NCBI GenBank assembly: GCA_964474025.1
Contig: CAYYRD010000008.1
Location: 53,593-117,592, forward strand
Reading direction: 5' to 3'
DNA length: 64,000 nucleotides
DNA from: an uncultured Dehalococcoidales bacterium
GTDB lineage: Bacteria; Chloroflexota; Dehalococcoidia; Lucifugimonadales; Lucifugimonadaceae
The notes beneath the pieces are model-generated. The model was not told where the DNA came from. It did not search any database and saw only the letters and a program-made list of their open reading frames with translations. The position numbers and the translations under genes were made by a program. Below, in pieces: positions 1 through 8,570 of the stretch (the first letter of the stretch is position 1; each line of letters opens with the position of its first letter).

Positions 1-929
1 ACCCCGGATGCTTCAGCGGGTACCCCGTACCGGGCGACGATGACGCTGCACCGGTTGAACTCTGCGCGGGGTATCTCTTCGCCGATATAAACAGCAGCAC
101 TGCCGTCGCTCGGCGCTCCCTCCGTGAGCTCGTGCAGCGCGTCTTCACTGTCGAGCACTTCTGTCAATTCAACGCCGTAGTTGTCCTGAGACAGTTCAGG
201 GGTACCGAGCAGGCGGCCCAACCCTTCAATGTTGTAACCGGAGATCTTCTGCTGGTCTCGTTCTCTGAGGGCGCTTACGGTCGATTCGAGGACGATCGAC
301 TCGAGTCCCTGGCCGGCGGCGTCCTTTCCCCTCTGTTGTGCGATCTCTTCTGCGGTACGACCGGTAACTGCATCGTGGACACGGTTGCGGACGCGGTAAA
401 GTTCGTCCTGCGTTGTGGGAGATTCCAGGGGGATCAGTTGCTTGACGACCGTCGTCTCGTGAAGGATAAGGACCAGCATGGCGGTCAGGTCCTGCATCCA
501 CAGCAGATCCAACTGCTTGATCCGCGATGCGTCCGCCCGCGGAGTCGACGCGAATGCCAGGGTCTTGAGAAGCCCCGCCACGATGGAAGCGGCGGCGTCC
601 GCCCACTCTTCCATGTCACGCCGTCGTTGTTCCAGGGCGGCCTGTATCGCGGCGAAGTCCCGTGCGTTTGGCCCGCCATACGCGGTTTCCAGCCCTTCAA
701 CGACGAACCGATACCCCTTGTCCGCCGGTATGCCGCCTGCGGAGCTGTGTGGGCGAGTAATATATCCGTCATCTTCCAGACTGACCATCTCGTTGCGCAC
801 GGTCGCCGGGCTGACCCTTACGTCAAGATCCGAGGCGACCACCGAAGACGCGACCGGCTCACCGGTCGCGATGTACCCATCGACGATCAGCCTGAGTATG
901 CTGCCCCGGCGCGGGCTGAGGGTGGTCAT
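1..929 (-). CDS. hrcA: Heat-inducible transcription repressor HrcA (C-terminal end lies beyond window start)
   Basis: Minus-strand frame from ATG 929-927 reads MTTLSPRRGSILRLIVDGYIATGEPVASSVVASDLDVRVSPATVRNEMVSLEDDGYITRPHSSAGGIPADKGYRFVVEGL..., the typical HrcA winged-helix N-terminus. The frame stays open to position 1. It is absent from the ORF track because the window edge truncates it. Confidence 0.85.
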   Translation of the reverse strand, partial: MTTLSPRRGSILRLIVDGYIATGEPVASSVVASDLDVRVSPATVRNEMVSLEDDGYITRPHSSAGGIPADKGYRFVVEGLETAYGGPNARDFAAIQAALEQRRRDMEEWADAAASIVAGLLKTLAFASTPRADASRIKQLDLLWMQDLTAMLVLILHETTVVKQLIPLESPTTQDELYRVRNRVHDAVTGRTAEEIAQQRGKDAAGQGLESIVLESTVSALRERDQQKISGYNIEGLGRLLGTPELSQDNYGVELTEVLDSEDALHELTEGAPSDGSAAVYIGEEIPRAEFNRCSVIVARYGVPAEASG

Positions 930-998
930 TGACGCTCTCCCGGGAGAAGCGATCCGGACTGAGATGACGGCCGCAGGTCGGGCCAGCCGATCGTGGCG

Positions 999-1027
999 AA
1001 CGTAGCACGGCCCAAAAGGGGTGTCAA
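999..1027 (-). promoter_or_regulatory. Putative hrcA promoter (-35 TTGACA, 17-nt spacer, -10 TACGTT) overlapping a degenerate CIRCE-like inverted repeat
   Basis: Minus strand reads TTGACA-ccccttttgggccgtgc-TACGTT about 65 nt upstream of the hrcA ATG. TTGACACCC-N8-CCGTGCTAC resembles CIRCE (TTAGCACTC-N9-GAGTGCTAA) only weakly, about 6/9 per half-site. Confidence 0.3.
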
Positions 1028-1173
1028 CACGATTGAGTTACGTTGACCGCCCAATGGGGAGCGCGTAGAGTGGAGCGTGGTCATACGGGCCCGTATTTTG
1101 TGGCCGTATCGGCCTTCATCCCGCCGATTTTTTTGCACCCTGCTTGCGCAACGCGCGCCTTCGGAATCACTTT

Positions 1174-1815
1174 ATGGAAATTCGCTGGCTGGCCGACAGG
1201 TCGATCATAATCAACGCCGCCGCGGGGACGCTCGTGATGGACCCGTTACCCGGATCAAGTCCCGGTCCGGATATCGATCCCGGCACCGCCGTGGTGACCG
1301 TGAGTCACGCCGCCGCCCTTCCCGGAGTCGATGGGTGGCAGGACAAGGTTCAGGTGATCCGAGGGCCGGGCGAGTATGAGATTTCAGGCCTGGGAGTGCG
1401 CGGTATCGCCGTTCCACTCGGTGATGCCAGTGATCCCAGGGCGCTTAATACGGTTTACGCCTTGGACGCCGAATTGATTACTGTCTGCCATCTGGGCGCC
1501 TTGAACGGGCCGCTCACCACACAGGCGGTGCAACTGATCGGCCATGTGGACGTGCTGATCACTCCCGCCGGCGGCACGGATCAGGCGCTATCGGCTGACC
1601 AGGCGGCGGCCGTTACCCGGGCGCTGGAGCCGCGCGCGGTCATCCCGTTGCACCCGGGAGTTCCATCCGACGGATCCGATTTCGCTGCACTAGATCCGTT
1701 CGTCTCTGAAATCGGTCTGCCGAAGCCGGAACCGCTAGCTCGGGTCGCGTTTACACGTAGCAACCTTGGAGAATCCCAACGCCTGGTCCTTTTGCGGCCC
1801 CAGGGCAGCATCTAA
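1174..1815 (+). CDS. MBL-fold (COG2220-like) hydrolase-family protein with a degenerate metal motif
   Basis: MEIRWLADRSIIINAAAGTLVMDP... resembles the N-terminus of beta-lactamase-fold hydrolases, but the HxHxDH position reads VSHAAA. Start taken at the ATG at codon 11 of ORF 1144..1815. Confidence 0.55.
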   Translation: MEIRWLADRSIIINAAAGTLVMDPLPGSSPGPDIDPGTAVVTVSHAAALPGVDGWQDKVQVIRGPGEYEISGLGVRGIAVPLGDASDPRALNTVYALDAELITVCHLGALNGPLTTQAVQLIGHVDVLITPAGGTDQALSADQAAAVTRALEPRAVIPLHPGVPSDGSDFAALDPFVSEIGLPKPEPLARVAFTRSNLGESQRLVLLRPQGSI

Positions 1816-2036
1816 CGGCCAGCCGGACCCGTATTCCGCGGCACGATATATCCGCGTGATCGCCAGGCGTTTCCGGGTCGCCGTTCCACATCACGTCTGT
1901 GAGTCAAACGACCGCGTACGCGAGGTTCGTACGGCGCGAGTTCTCTCTCACACTCGCTGGACCTGAGCGGCGATGTCCTGGATCAATCCGCCTCGGTCAC
2001 GCGTTGCAGAAGCCGAACCTGGCGTACACGCCTGAA

Positions 2037-3158
2037 CTATCCGTCCTGTTCGGCTGCCGGAACCGCAGTCCTGCGCCTGATTCCTACCCATAACGCCAGG
2101 GCAACAGGCGCCAGCAGCAGGCCCATCTGGCCAGCAGATGCCGGGCCTCCCGGATTGGCGCTGCACAGCCCGCCGCCCTCGTCTTCATCAACCTCCGCCA
2201 CCGGCGTTGAGGTTGCCTCCGGTTCTGGCGTCGATGTCGGTGTCGGCTCCGGAGTTGAAGTTGGAGTTGGAGTTGGAACCGTGGTCGCCGTCGGCGGGAT
2301 CGGGGTGGGCGTTGCAGTGGGCGTCGGCGAAGGCGTGCTCGTAGGCACCGGAGTCGGCGTCCGCGTCGGCTCGGGGGTCGCCGTCGGCAACGGTGTCGCG
2401 GTCGGAAGCACCGGAGTCGGCACCGGAGTCGCCGTGGGGACCCGCGTCGGTACCGGTGTTGGCGTCGGCAGGGCGTCGAAGGTCAGAATGATGTTCGACA
2501 CGATTTTGCCCGGCTGATACGGCTCGGTCTGATTGGCCTTGTTGCCGGCCAGGAAGAACTCGATAGGCTCGCCGGCGAGAGCGATGTCCTGCGGATCCAC
2601 GATGATAGAGAATTCGCCGCTGGAAATATTCCCCCCTGTGACTTCGTATTCCGAACCGATTCGGATCGTGAAGGGAGTCGAATCTGGCGGGCTCACACCA
2701 CCCGCCTGTATGAATCCCGAATAACGGGCGGGAAGACTCGGTATCGGAGTCGGCTCTAAAGGCGTGGCGTTAAACACCACGTCGAATACGCGGGATGCCG
2801 GACACGGCTCTGGACCACAGTTCGGCAGGATGTAGGTATCCCGATCCGTGGCGATTACCTGGTTCTCAAGAATGAACTCCACATCGTTGCCGCCCGCGCC
2901 CTCGACGGGTCCGACCTGGAGGGCGTTGTAACGGCCGCCCCTGGTCTTCACAGGCAGCGACACGTAAGAAGTGCCGACTATCCGTGCCTGGATGTCAAGG
3001 CCGTCTGGCGCGGGCTGGCCTTCCACCGTGACGAAACCCTGATAGAGCGTGAACCCAAGACTTGGAAACCCTTGAGCGCGAGTCGTCGTGAAACCGGCCG
3101 TGATCACGCCGACAAGCATGACAGCCAGCAATAAGGTCGAGACAACTCTGCGCTTCAT
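2037..3158 (-). CDS. Secreted surface protein: signal peptide, two beta-rich domains, about 100-aa Pro/Thr linker, C-terminal Cys + TM + RRR sorting-type anchor
   Basis: N-terminus [30 protein letters not shown]. Long PTPTPVPT... low-complexity run. C-terminus [42 protein letters not shown] Shine-Dalgarno before ATG 3158. Confidence 0.75.
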   Translation of the reverse strand: MKRRVVSTLLLAVMLVGVITAGFTTTRAQGFPSLGFTLYQGFVTVEGQPAPDGLDIQARIVGTSYVSLPVKTRGGRYNALQVGPVEGAGGNDVEFILENQVIATDRDTYILPNCGPEPCPASRVFDVVFNATPLEPTPIPSLPARYSGFIQAGGVSPPDSTPFTIRIGSEYEVTGGNISSGEFSIIVDPQDIALAGEPIEFFLAGNKANQTEPYQPGKIVSNIILTFDALPTPTPVPTRVPTATPVPTPVLPTATPLPTATPEPTRTPTPVPTSTPSPTPTATPTPIPPTATTVPTPTPTSTPEPTPTSTPEPEATSTPVAEVDEDEGGGLCSANPGGPASAGQMGLLLAPVALALWVGIRRRTAVPAAEQDG

Positions 3159-3218
3159 GATTCCTCCTGGACCGTTGCGTAGACCCGATTAAGTTTACGC
3201 ACCTCCCAGACAAACACA

Positions 3219-3250
3219 CACCCCCCTCCCCAATAAAGGGAAGGGGGGTG
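3219..3250 (-). terminator. Intrinsic terminator hairpin downstream of the S-layer-like gene
   Basis: CACCCCCCTCCC-loop-GGGAAGGGGGGTG (12-13 bp G/C stem) lies 28 nt after the stop at 3278. On the minus strand it is followed by TGTGTGTTTG. Confidence 0.6.
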
Positions 3251-3277
3251 CGTCTGATTCCCGATTAAGGGTCTCGA

Positions 3278-6169
3278 TTACGGGACGATCACGTCCGCTG
3301 CCGTGGCGTAGGCCCAGTAGGCCTCACCGGTGATAGCGTTCGGACCGAGTTTCGGTGGCGTGCTAGACCGGGTCGACAACTGTTCCCAGACCTTGTCGGT
3401 CGCGTCCCAGGAGTACACCTGGGTGACCTTGGACGGGAAGTAGTCCAACCCGGACTTGACCGTGTTACCCGGCTGACGCAGGGCGCCACCGGTACCACCG
3501 GTAACGTCCGTCACGCCGACGAGGTTCCAGCCCTTGACCAGATCGATCGACGGTGGGATCGACGACGCGGTGAGGGACGGGATGGCGACCACGAGGGCCG
3601 ATACCGCGTCCGCTACCACGATGTAGCCGACTCCGCTTTCGATGCTGGTCAAGTTACCGGCCAGGTCGTTGCTCTCGGAGTCACGTACGGCGCTGGAGAA
3701 GGTTCCAGCTGTCGCATCGTATGACGATACCGAGACGATTCCATCCGGCGAGAACACCGAGTTGATGTCCGTGTCAGACGGGGTCAGCGGGAACGACACC
3801 AGGGTCGTGCCCGGCAATACGGTCAACTTGAACTCTGCCCGCTTGGCGATTACGAACGTCTTGGACAGGCCAGTGGCCGTGTTGCCCGCGAGGTCGGTCG
3901 CCGTGGCCGTGGCCTTGTATGTGCCGAGGGCCAGTGCAGAGGTCGCCCGGATGAACGTCTTGCTGTCGCTGGTGCCAAGCTCGGAAGTGACGTTATCCAG
4001 CGTAGTAGCGGACGAGAGTCCGAACTCCGCCTTGGAAACAGTCACTTTCTCGCCGAAGTCCCAGCGGACGAACGGACTGTTGTCCGAGATCGTACCGCTT
4101 GGCGACAACGACAGTGTCGGCGGCGTCTTGTCCAGGGCAAAGGTCACCGCCCCCGAAGCGAGGGAGTTTGCCTTGCCCTTGACCGTCTGGCCAATCGTGG
4201 CAGAGCCAACGGCGGTGTCACCACCAACCTTACTGGATACCGCGGTCAGCGTAGCGGCGTCGTTCGCCGTCACGACTACTGATTTCTTTTTGCCGTCTGC
4301 GGTGGATCCGTCATAGGAACCGCCGGCGAAGGTTGCAATCCACGTGTTGCTGCCCTGGTTGACGGCAGTAACTGAAGGCTCGCTTGCGCCAGCCGTTGCG
4401 GAGTTTGCGGCCTCGTTGTAGATCGCGACCGTCGGGTCAGACGAGAGGTTCTCGTCCGACGTGATCGTGATCGTCATCCCGCTCTTGGTCAGGGTCGCAG
4501 GCGCCGTGGCGGACGAGCCGCCGGACAGTGCAACCGTGATTGTCGGAGCGATAGCGTCCTTCGACGTGGTGTCGGCGATCGCGACAGCCGTGTTACCGGC
4601 TGCGTCCGTGATCGAACCAACGACCTTGATCTTCGGTGCGTCCTTCGTCGCCAGGGCGGTGCCCAGGGTCAGGAAGACACGGTCTTTGAACCCGGTACCA
4701 CCGACTTCGGCGGTGGTCGGAACCTGAGTGACGCTGCCGACAACCACTTCAAAGTCGGTATTGGCAACCGACGTAGCGTCGAGGTCGTCATTGAAGTTGA
4801 CTTCGATCGCGTTCTTGACGTTGAACTTGCGAACGACTGGACTCTTCGTCTTGTCGAGCGCAAAGCCTGTGTAGGCGGCTGATACCGACGGGATGATCTG
4901 GTCGATCTTGACGGTATTCGGCTGCCCAAGGCCGGCAGTGTTGGTCTTCGTGGTGCTCGAGTCGCTCCAACCGATGTTCCCTGCCAGGTCGGATGCCCGA
5001 ACCTGCCAGTCGACGATGTGGTCGGGTTTCTGCGATGACGCAAAGCCGGTCGGGACATCGCTCAACGTCTTTGAGAACGTCGTGCTGGTAGCCCCGTCTG
5101 CCGTACCAACCGGCAAGACTAGAGCCGTCCCCGTCGTCCCTTTCGTCACCACAACACGGCTCGTGTTGGTCTGGTCGTTGCCCTGGTCCACGAACAACTG
5201 GATTTCAGTGATGTCCAATGCGGAAGTGCTGTCAGACACCGATCCAGTGAACGTCGGGTTACGGAGCTGAGTCGAACTGCCGTTCGCCGGCGCCGTGAGT
5301 GTCACCAGCGGAGCGACGGTTTCTGCCGTCGCGGTGGAAGTCTTGTCAGCTCCGGCCGCCTGGCTGCCATTTTCATTCAGGTCGTCGTAAGCGACGGTAA
5401 CGACACCACCACTCTGGATGCCCTTGGCGTCGGCAGAGATAGTCGTGCTCTGGATGTCTTCAAGGTCTATGTACCCCTTGAACACACCTGAGCTCGCGGT
5501 AGTTTCGGTCAACGTGCGAGTCTTGACTGTCGTGGACTGGGTGGTCGTGACTTTGACGTTCACCGTGTCCTGGATACTCGTCGCCCAGTTAAGGATCACA
5601 GCTCCTGCGCCGCCCGAGGGCGCCGTGGCGCCGGTCTGAACCAGGGTGATCGTGCCGGGGGAGGTCTTCGAACCCGCTACTGCGTTAGACAGAGCGACTC
5701 GAGTCTTCTCGGTCCCGGTAATGGTGATGTCTACACCATCCGTGATACCAAGCGTGCCGGTGTCCACGATCGGACTATCGGCGGTGGACAACACAACGGT
5801 CGCCGTTTTACCGGGCCCCGTGAAATCACCGACGCTCGTGACCGTGGTCGACTTCGCCGTCGTCGTGTTCTGGTCCGCGTCTTCGACAAAGATCGTCACC
5901 CTGTCGGCGTTCGTCTGGATTGTCGACTGCGCGGCCGCCGAAGAGGCGTTTACTTCCACAAAAGTGGAGTAAACGGTCCCCGTTGTAGAAGTGTAGCCAG
6001 TGAGAGCAGACGGGTCGTTGGTTATCTTCGACCACTCATTCGCCACATAGACCTTGGCAGTCGTGTTGGCTGCACTGGCCTCTGAACCTGACGATGTCAG
6101 GCCCACTAGCCCCACCACAAGCAGCACGAATGCTGCCAGAGCGGTTATCAATTTCACCGAAAGTTTCAC
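3278..6169 (-). CDS. Large S-layer-like / cell-surface protein (963 aa, Thr/Ser/Ala/Val-rich, Ig-like repeat character)
   Basis: GTG 6169-6167 is preceded by GGGGGA at 8-nt spacing. The signal peptide is VKLSVKLITALAAFVLLVVGLVGLTSSGSEASA. The upstream part of track ORF 3278..6325 (MGRITGRRRR...) is unlikely to be coding. I recognised no enzymatic motifs. Confidence 0.8.
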   Translation of the reverse strand: MKLSVKLITALAAFVLLVVGLVGLTSSGSEASAANTTAKVYVANEWSKITNDPSALTGYTSTTGTVYSTFVEVNASSAAAQSTIQTNADRVTIFVEDADQNTTTAKSTTVTSVGDFTGPGKTATVVLSTADSPIVDTGTLGITDGVDITITGTEKTRVALSNAVAGSKTSPGTITLVQTGATAPSGGAGAVILNWATSIQDTVNVKVTTTQSTTVKTRTLTETTASSGVFKGYIDLEDIQSTTISADAKGIQSGGVVTVAYDDLNENGSQAAGADKTSTATAETVAPLVTLTAPANGSSTQLRNPTFTGSVSDSTSALDITEIQLFVDQGNDQTNTSRVVVTKGTTGTALVLPVGTADGATSTTFSKTLSDVPTGFASSQKPDHIVDWQVRASDLAGNIGWSDSSTTKTNTAGLGQPNTVKIDQIIPSVSAAYTGFALDKTKSPVVRKFNVKNAIEVNFNDDLDATSVANTDFEVVVGSVTQVPTTAEVGGTGFKDRVFLTLGTALATKDAPKIKVVGSITDAAGNTAVAIADTTSKDAIAPTITVALSGGSSATAPATLTKSGMTITITSDENLSSDPTVAIYNEAANSATAGASEPSVTAVNQGSNTWIATFAGGSYDGSTADGKKKSVVVTANDAATLTAVSSKVGGDTAVGSATIGQTVKGKANSLASGAVTFALDKTPPTLSLSPSGTISDNSPFVRWDFGEKVTVSKAEFGLSSATTLDNVTSELGTSDSKTFIRATSALALGTYKATATATDLAGNTATGLSKTFVIAKRAEFKLTVLPGTTLVSFPLTPSDTDINSVFSPDGIVSVSSYDATAGTFSSAVRDSESNDLAGNLTSIESGVGYIVVADAVSALVVAIPSLTASSIPPSIDLVKGWNLVGVTDVTGGTGGALRQPGNTVKSGLDYFPSKVTQVYSWDATDKVWEQLSTRSSTPPKLGPNAITGEAYWAYATAADVIVP

Positions 6170-6529
6170 GTTGCTTGTCCCCCTATGACTTTCGCGTTTC
6201 TGACCACCGCCGGCAGGGTTACCTGCCTGTGGGTCTAGGCCTCGCCGTGATCCCAAGATGAACACTTTCCTCCACAGGATCGCTCCGCCTTTTGATCGAC
6301 GGCGCCGGCCCGTGATACGTCCCAATACTTCACATGGAAAACGCGCACATATACGCGCGGACTCCCGGGACTGGAGCCGAGCAGATGGATTCTTACACTC
6401 CGGTTAGGAGGCTGTCAAGAAGCCGGAAGCGCGCCAAACTGGGCGTTTCAGACAGGTTTCCAAACTCTTATCCGGTAGCGGATGAAGCCCCTCTGCGGGG
6501 CGCCCGACTCGGTTGTCGTGGCGGTCGCG

Positions 6530-6559
6530 AGAATACGTGTACGGACAGATCAGTGTCAA
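6530..6559 (-). promoter_or_regulatory. Putative promoter of the S-layer-like gene, giving a 5' leader of about 350 nt
   Basis: Minus strand reads TTGACA-ctgatctgtccgtacacg-TATTCT (18-nt spacer) in the only AT-rich patch between the rho stop and the S-layer start. Confidence 0.35.
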
Positions 6560-6644
6560 CGACATTTCGGACACTTAATTTTCACTTAAGGGCGTGTTTT
6601 CCACGGTTGTCGGCTCGTCAATCGTGGAGATACATACGCGGCGA

Positions 6645-6706
6645 GGCCACCGTTTCACTGGATAACGGTGGCCCCACGATAAAATCCACTTTGTGCGGAA
6701 GGGCAA
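6645..6706 (-). terminator. Two hairpins just downstream of rho (candidate rho terminator region)
   Basis: GGAAGGG-caaatt-CCCTTCC at 6687..6706 lies 18 nt after the rho stop. A perfect 10-bp stem GGCCACCGTT-N9-AACGGTGGCC lies at 6645..6673. Neither has a clean U-tract. Confidence 0.35.
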
Positions 6707-6724
6707 ATTCCCTTCCAAAGCCAA

Positions 6725-8029
6725 TTACCCCACCTTGTTAATCGAGGCCAGGAATTCCTGGTTGTCCTGCGTCTTGGACATACGCTCGATAACACGCTCG
6801 GTGCCGACCGTGTTATCGCCGCCGGAATCCGAGGCAATTATCGACACCATGCGACGGAGCAGCCATATCTGGCGCAAATCCTGCTCGGAAAGCAACAGCT
6901 CTTCGTGCCGGGTGCCGGATCGCTGGATGTCTATGGCGGGGTAAACGCGGCGTTCGGCGAGCACGCGGCTGAGATGGAGTTCCATGTTGCCGGTTCCCTT
7001 GAACTCCTCGTAAATCAGGTCATCGAGCCGGCTGCCCGTGTCGATGAGACAGGTCGCCAGTATCGTGAGGCTGCCGGCTTCATCGCAGTTCCGGGCCGCT
7101 CCGAAGAATCCTTTTGGCGGATACAGGGCCACCGGGTCCATTCCGCCGGAGAGGGTCTTGCCGCTTCCGGGGACCGAAAGGTTGTAGGCGCGCGCCAGCC
7201 TCGTGAGGCTGTCTACGAGGATTACGACGTCTTCACCGGCCTCAACCAGGCGCTTGGCCCGGGCCAGGGCCGCTTCCGCCGCGCGCGTGTGGTCCTGTGG
7301 GGGTTCGTCGAAGGTTGAGCTGAAGACCTCGCCTTCGATCGATCGACGCATGTCGGTGACCTCTTCGGGTCGTTCTCCGACCAGTGCCACGATAAGGCTC
7401 ACCCCGGGGTTATTGGCGGTGATGCCCTCTGCGATCTGTTTGAGGAGGATGGTTTTGCCGGCCTTCGGCGGGGCGACGATCAACCCGCGCTGGCCTTTCC
7501 CGATGGGGGCGATCAGGTCGATCAACCGTGTCGCCATGTTTTTCGGCGTGGTCTCGAGCTTTATCAGCTCGTCGGGGAAGATCGGGGTGAGGGACTCGAA
7601 CTTGGTCCGGTTTCGGGTTGACTCCGGGTCCTGGCCGTTGACGACCTCCACCCGGATCAGGGCGTAGTAGCGTTCTCCTTCTCTTGGAGCACGGACCTCG
7701 CCGGCTACCTGGTCGCCGGGCCTCAGGCCAAATCTCCGGACCTGGGCGGGGGAGACGTAAACCTCGGTGTCGGATTCGCTCCCGCTGCCGGTCGGCTGGC
7801 GCAGGAAACCGTGCCCGTCGTTGCTCACCTCAAGGACTCCCATGCCCAGGAGCTGGTCGGCTTCTTCGGCGTGGCGGGCGAGGATCTGGAGGACCAGGTC
7901 CGATCGTTTTCTCGGAATTCCGTTCCGGAGGCTCAGCTCAAGCGCCCGGGAACGGAGTTCGTCCATCGACATGGCGCCGACGTTTCCGAGTTGCGAGCCA
8001 CCTTCGTCGTACTGGATATCCTTCGGCAA
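6725..8029 (-). CDS. rho: Transcription termination factor Rho
   Basis: Rho_N-like [34 protein letters not shown]-binding region [14 protein letters not shown]. Walker [16 protein letters not shown]. The start is uncertain: TTG 8029, ATG 7972, or CTG 8122 (see findings). Confidence 0.95.
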   Translation of the reverse strand: MPKDIQYDEGGSQLGNVGAMSMDELRSRALELSLRNGIPRKRSDLVLQILARHAEEADQLLGMGVLEVSNDGHGFLRQPTGSGSESDTEVYVSPAQVRRFGLRPGDQVAGEVRAPREGERYYALIRVEVVNGQDPESTRNRTKFESLTPIFPDELIKLETTPKNMATRLIDLIAPIGKGQRGLIVAPPKAGKTILLKQIAEGITANNPGVSLIVALVGERPEEVTDMRRSIEGEVFSSTFDEPPQDHTRAAEAALARAKRLVEAGEDVVILVDSLTRLARAYNLSVPGSGKTLSGGMDPVALYPPKGFFGAARNCDEAGSLTILATCLIDTGSRLDDLIYEEFKGTGNMELHLSRVLAERRVYPAIDIQRSGTRHEELLLSEQDLRQIWLLRRMVSIIASDSGGDNTVGTERVIERMSKTQDNQEFLASINKVG

Positions 8030-8570
8030 TCCCGCCGGTGTTCCACGGCCGCGGCCGTTTGATCGGCGTCCCCGGTGCGATGACCGGCGACGGCGGCTGC
8101 GAGACTGGCTCTGTGTAGTCAGCTTAATTCCTCCAGGTTGTGCCTGTTATGGAGACGAGGGTGTGAGTAGCCAAACGCGTCTCGTATGGACCCGGCGTCA
8201 ACGACGGTCGTCGTGGCTGGCTGGCGCGAGGCCAACCAACCCGGCGACGCGATGCGCTGTGCGCTGGGTTCGGGATGATCTATTGAAAGAGTGTGGGGAC
8301 GGAGTCTCGTTAGAGTCGATCTCCGGAGGAATCGGCCTGTGTTTGCCGACGCCGCATATCCGTCTGGTTGCCCTGTGGACGGTTTACCTCTTGACCGGAT
8401 GGTCCGCCGATTTTCGGCGAAGCCCGCGACGCCAAATTGCGTTTGTATGCAGACAGGTACCGGGAGGTGCCCAGGGATGGGAAGGCCGGAAGTCCCGACC
8501 GATGCGCCTTACCAGTGACTTCAGGTGGTGTGCGCCTCTCGCGACTATAGCACAAGGTTCCCGTAATCCA

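Noticed and set aside
132-1005. Plus-strand ORFs 132..932 and 478..1005
   Set aside because: They are antisense to hrcA, whose minus-strand translation is an excellent HrcA match.
2178-2480. Repetitive nucleotide tract (ccgacgcc-type) and the 9-nt array at 26085..26132 as possible CRISPR arrays
   Set aside because: Repeat units are far too short, contiguous and without spacers. The first simply encodes a Pro/Thr linker. No cas genes are present.
8123-8570. Possible tRNA or SRP-like RNA in the pyrG-rho spacer (GGAAGGCCGGAAGTCCC-like string)
   Set aside because: There are no T-loop or anticodon-arm signatures and no SRP domain IV motif. It is more simply explained as the rho promoter and leader.
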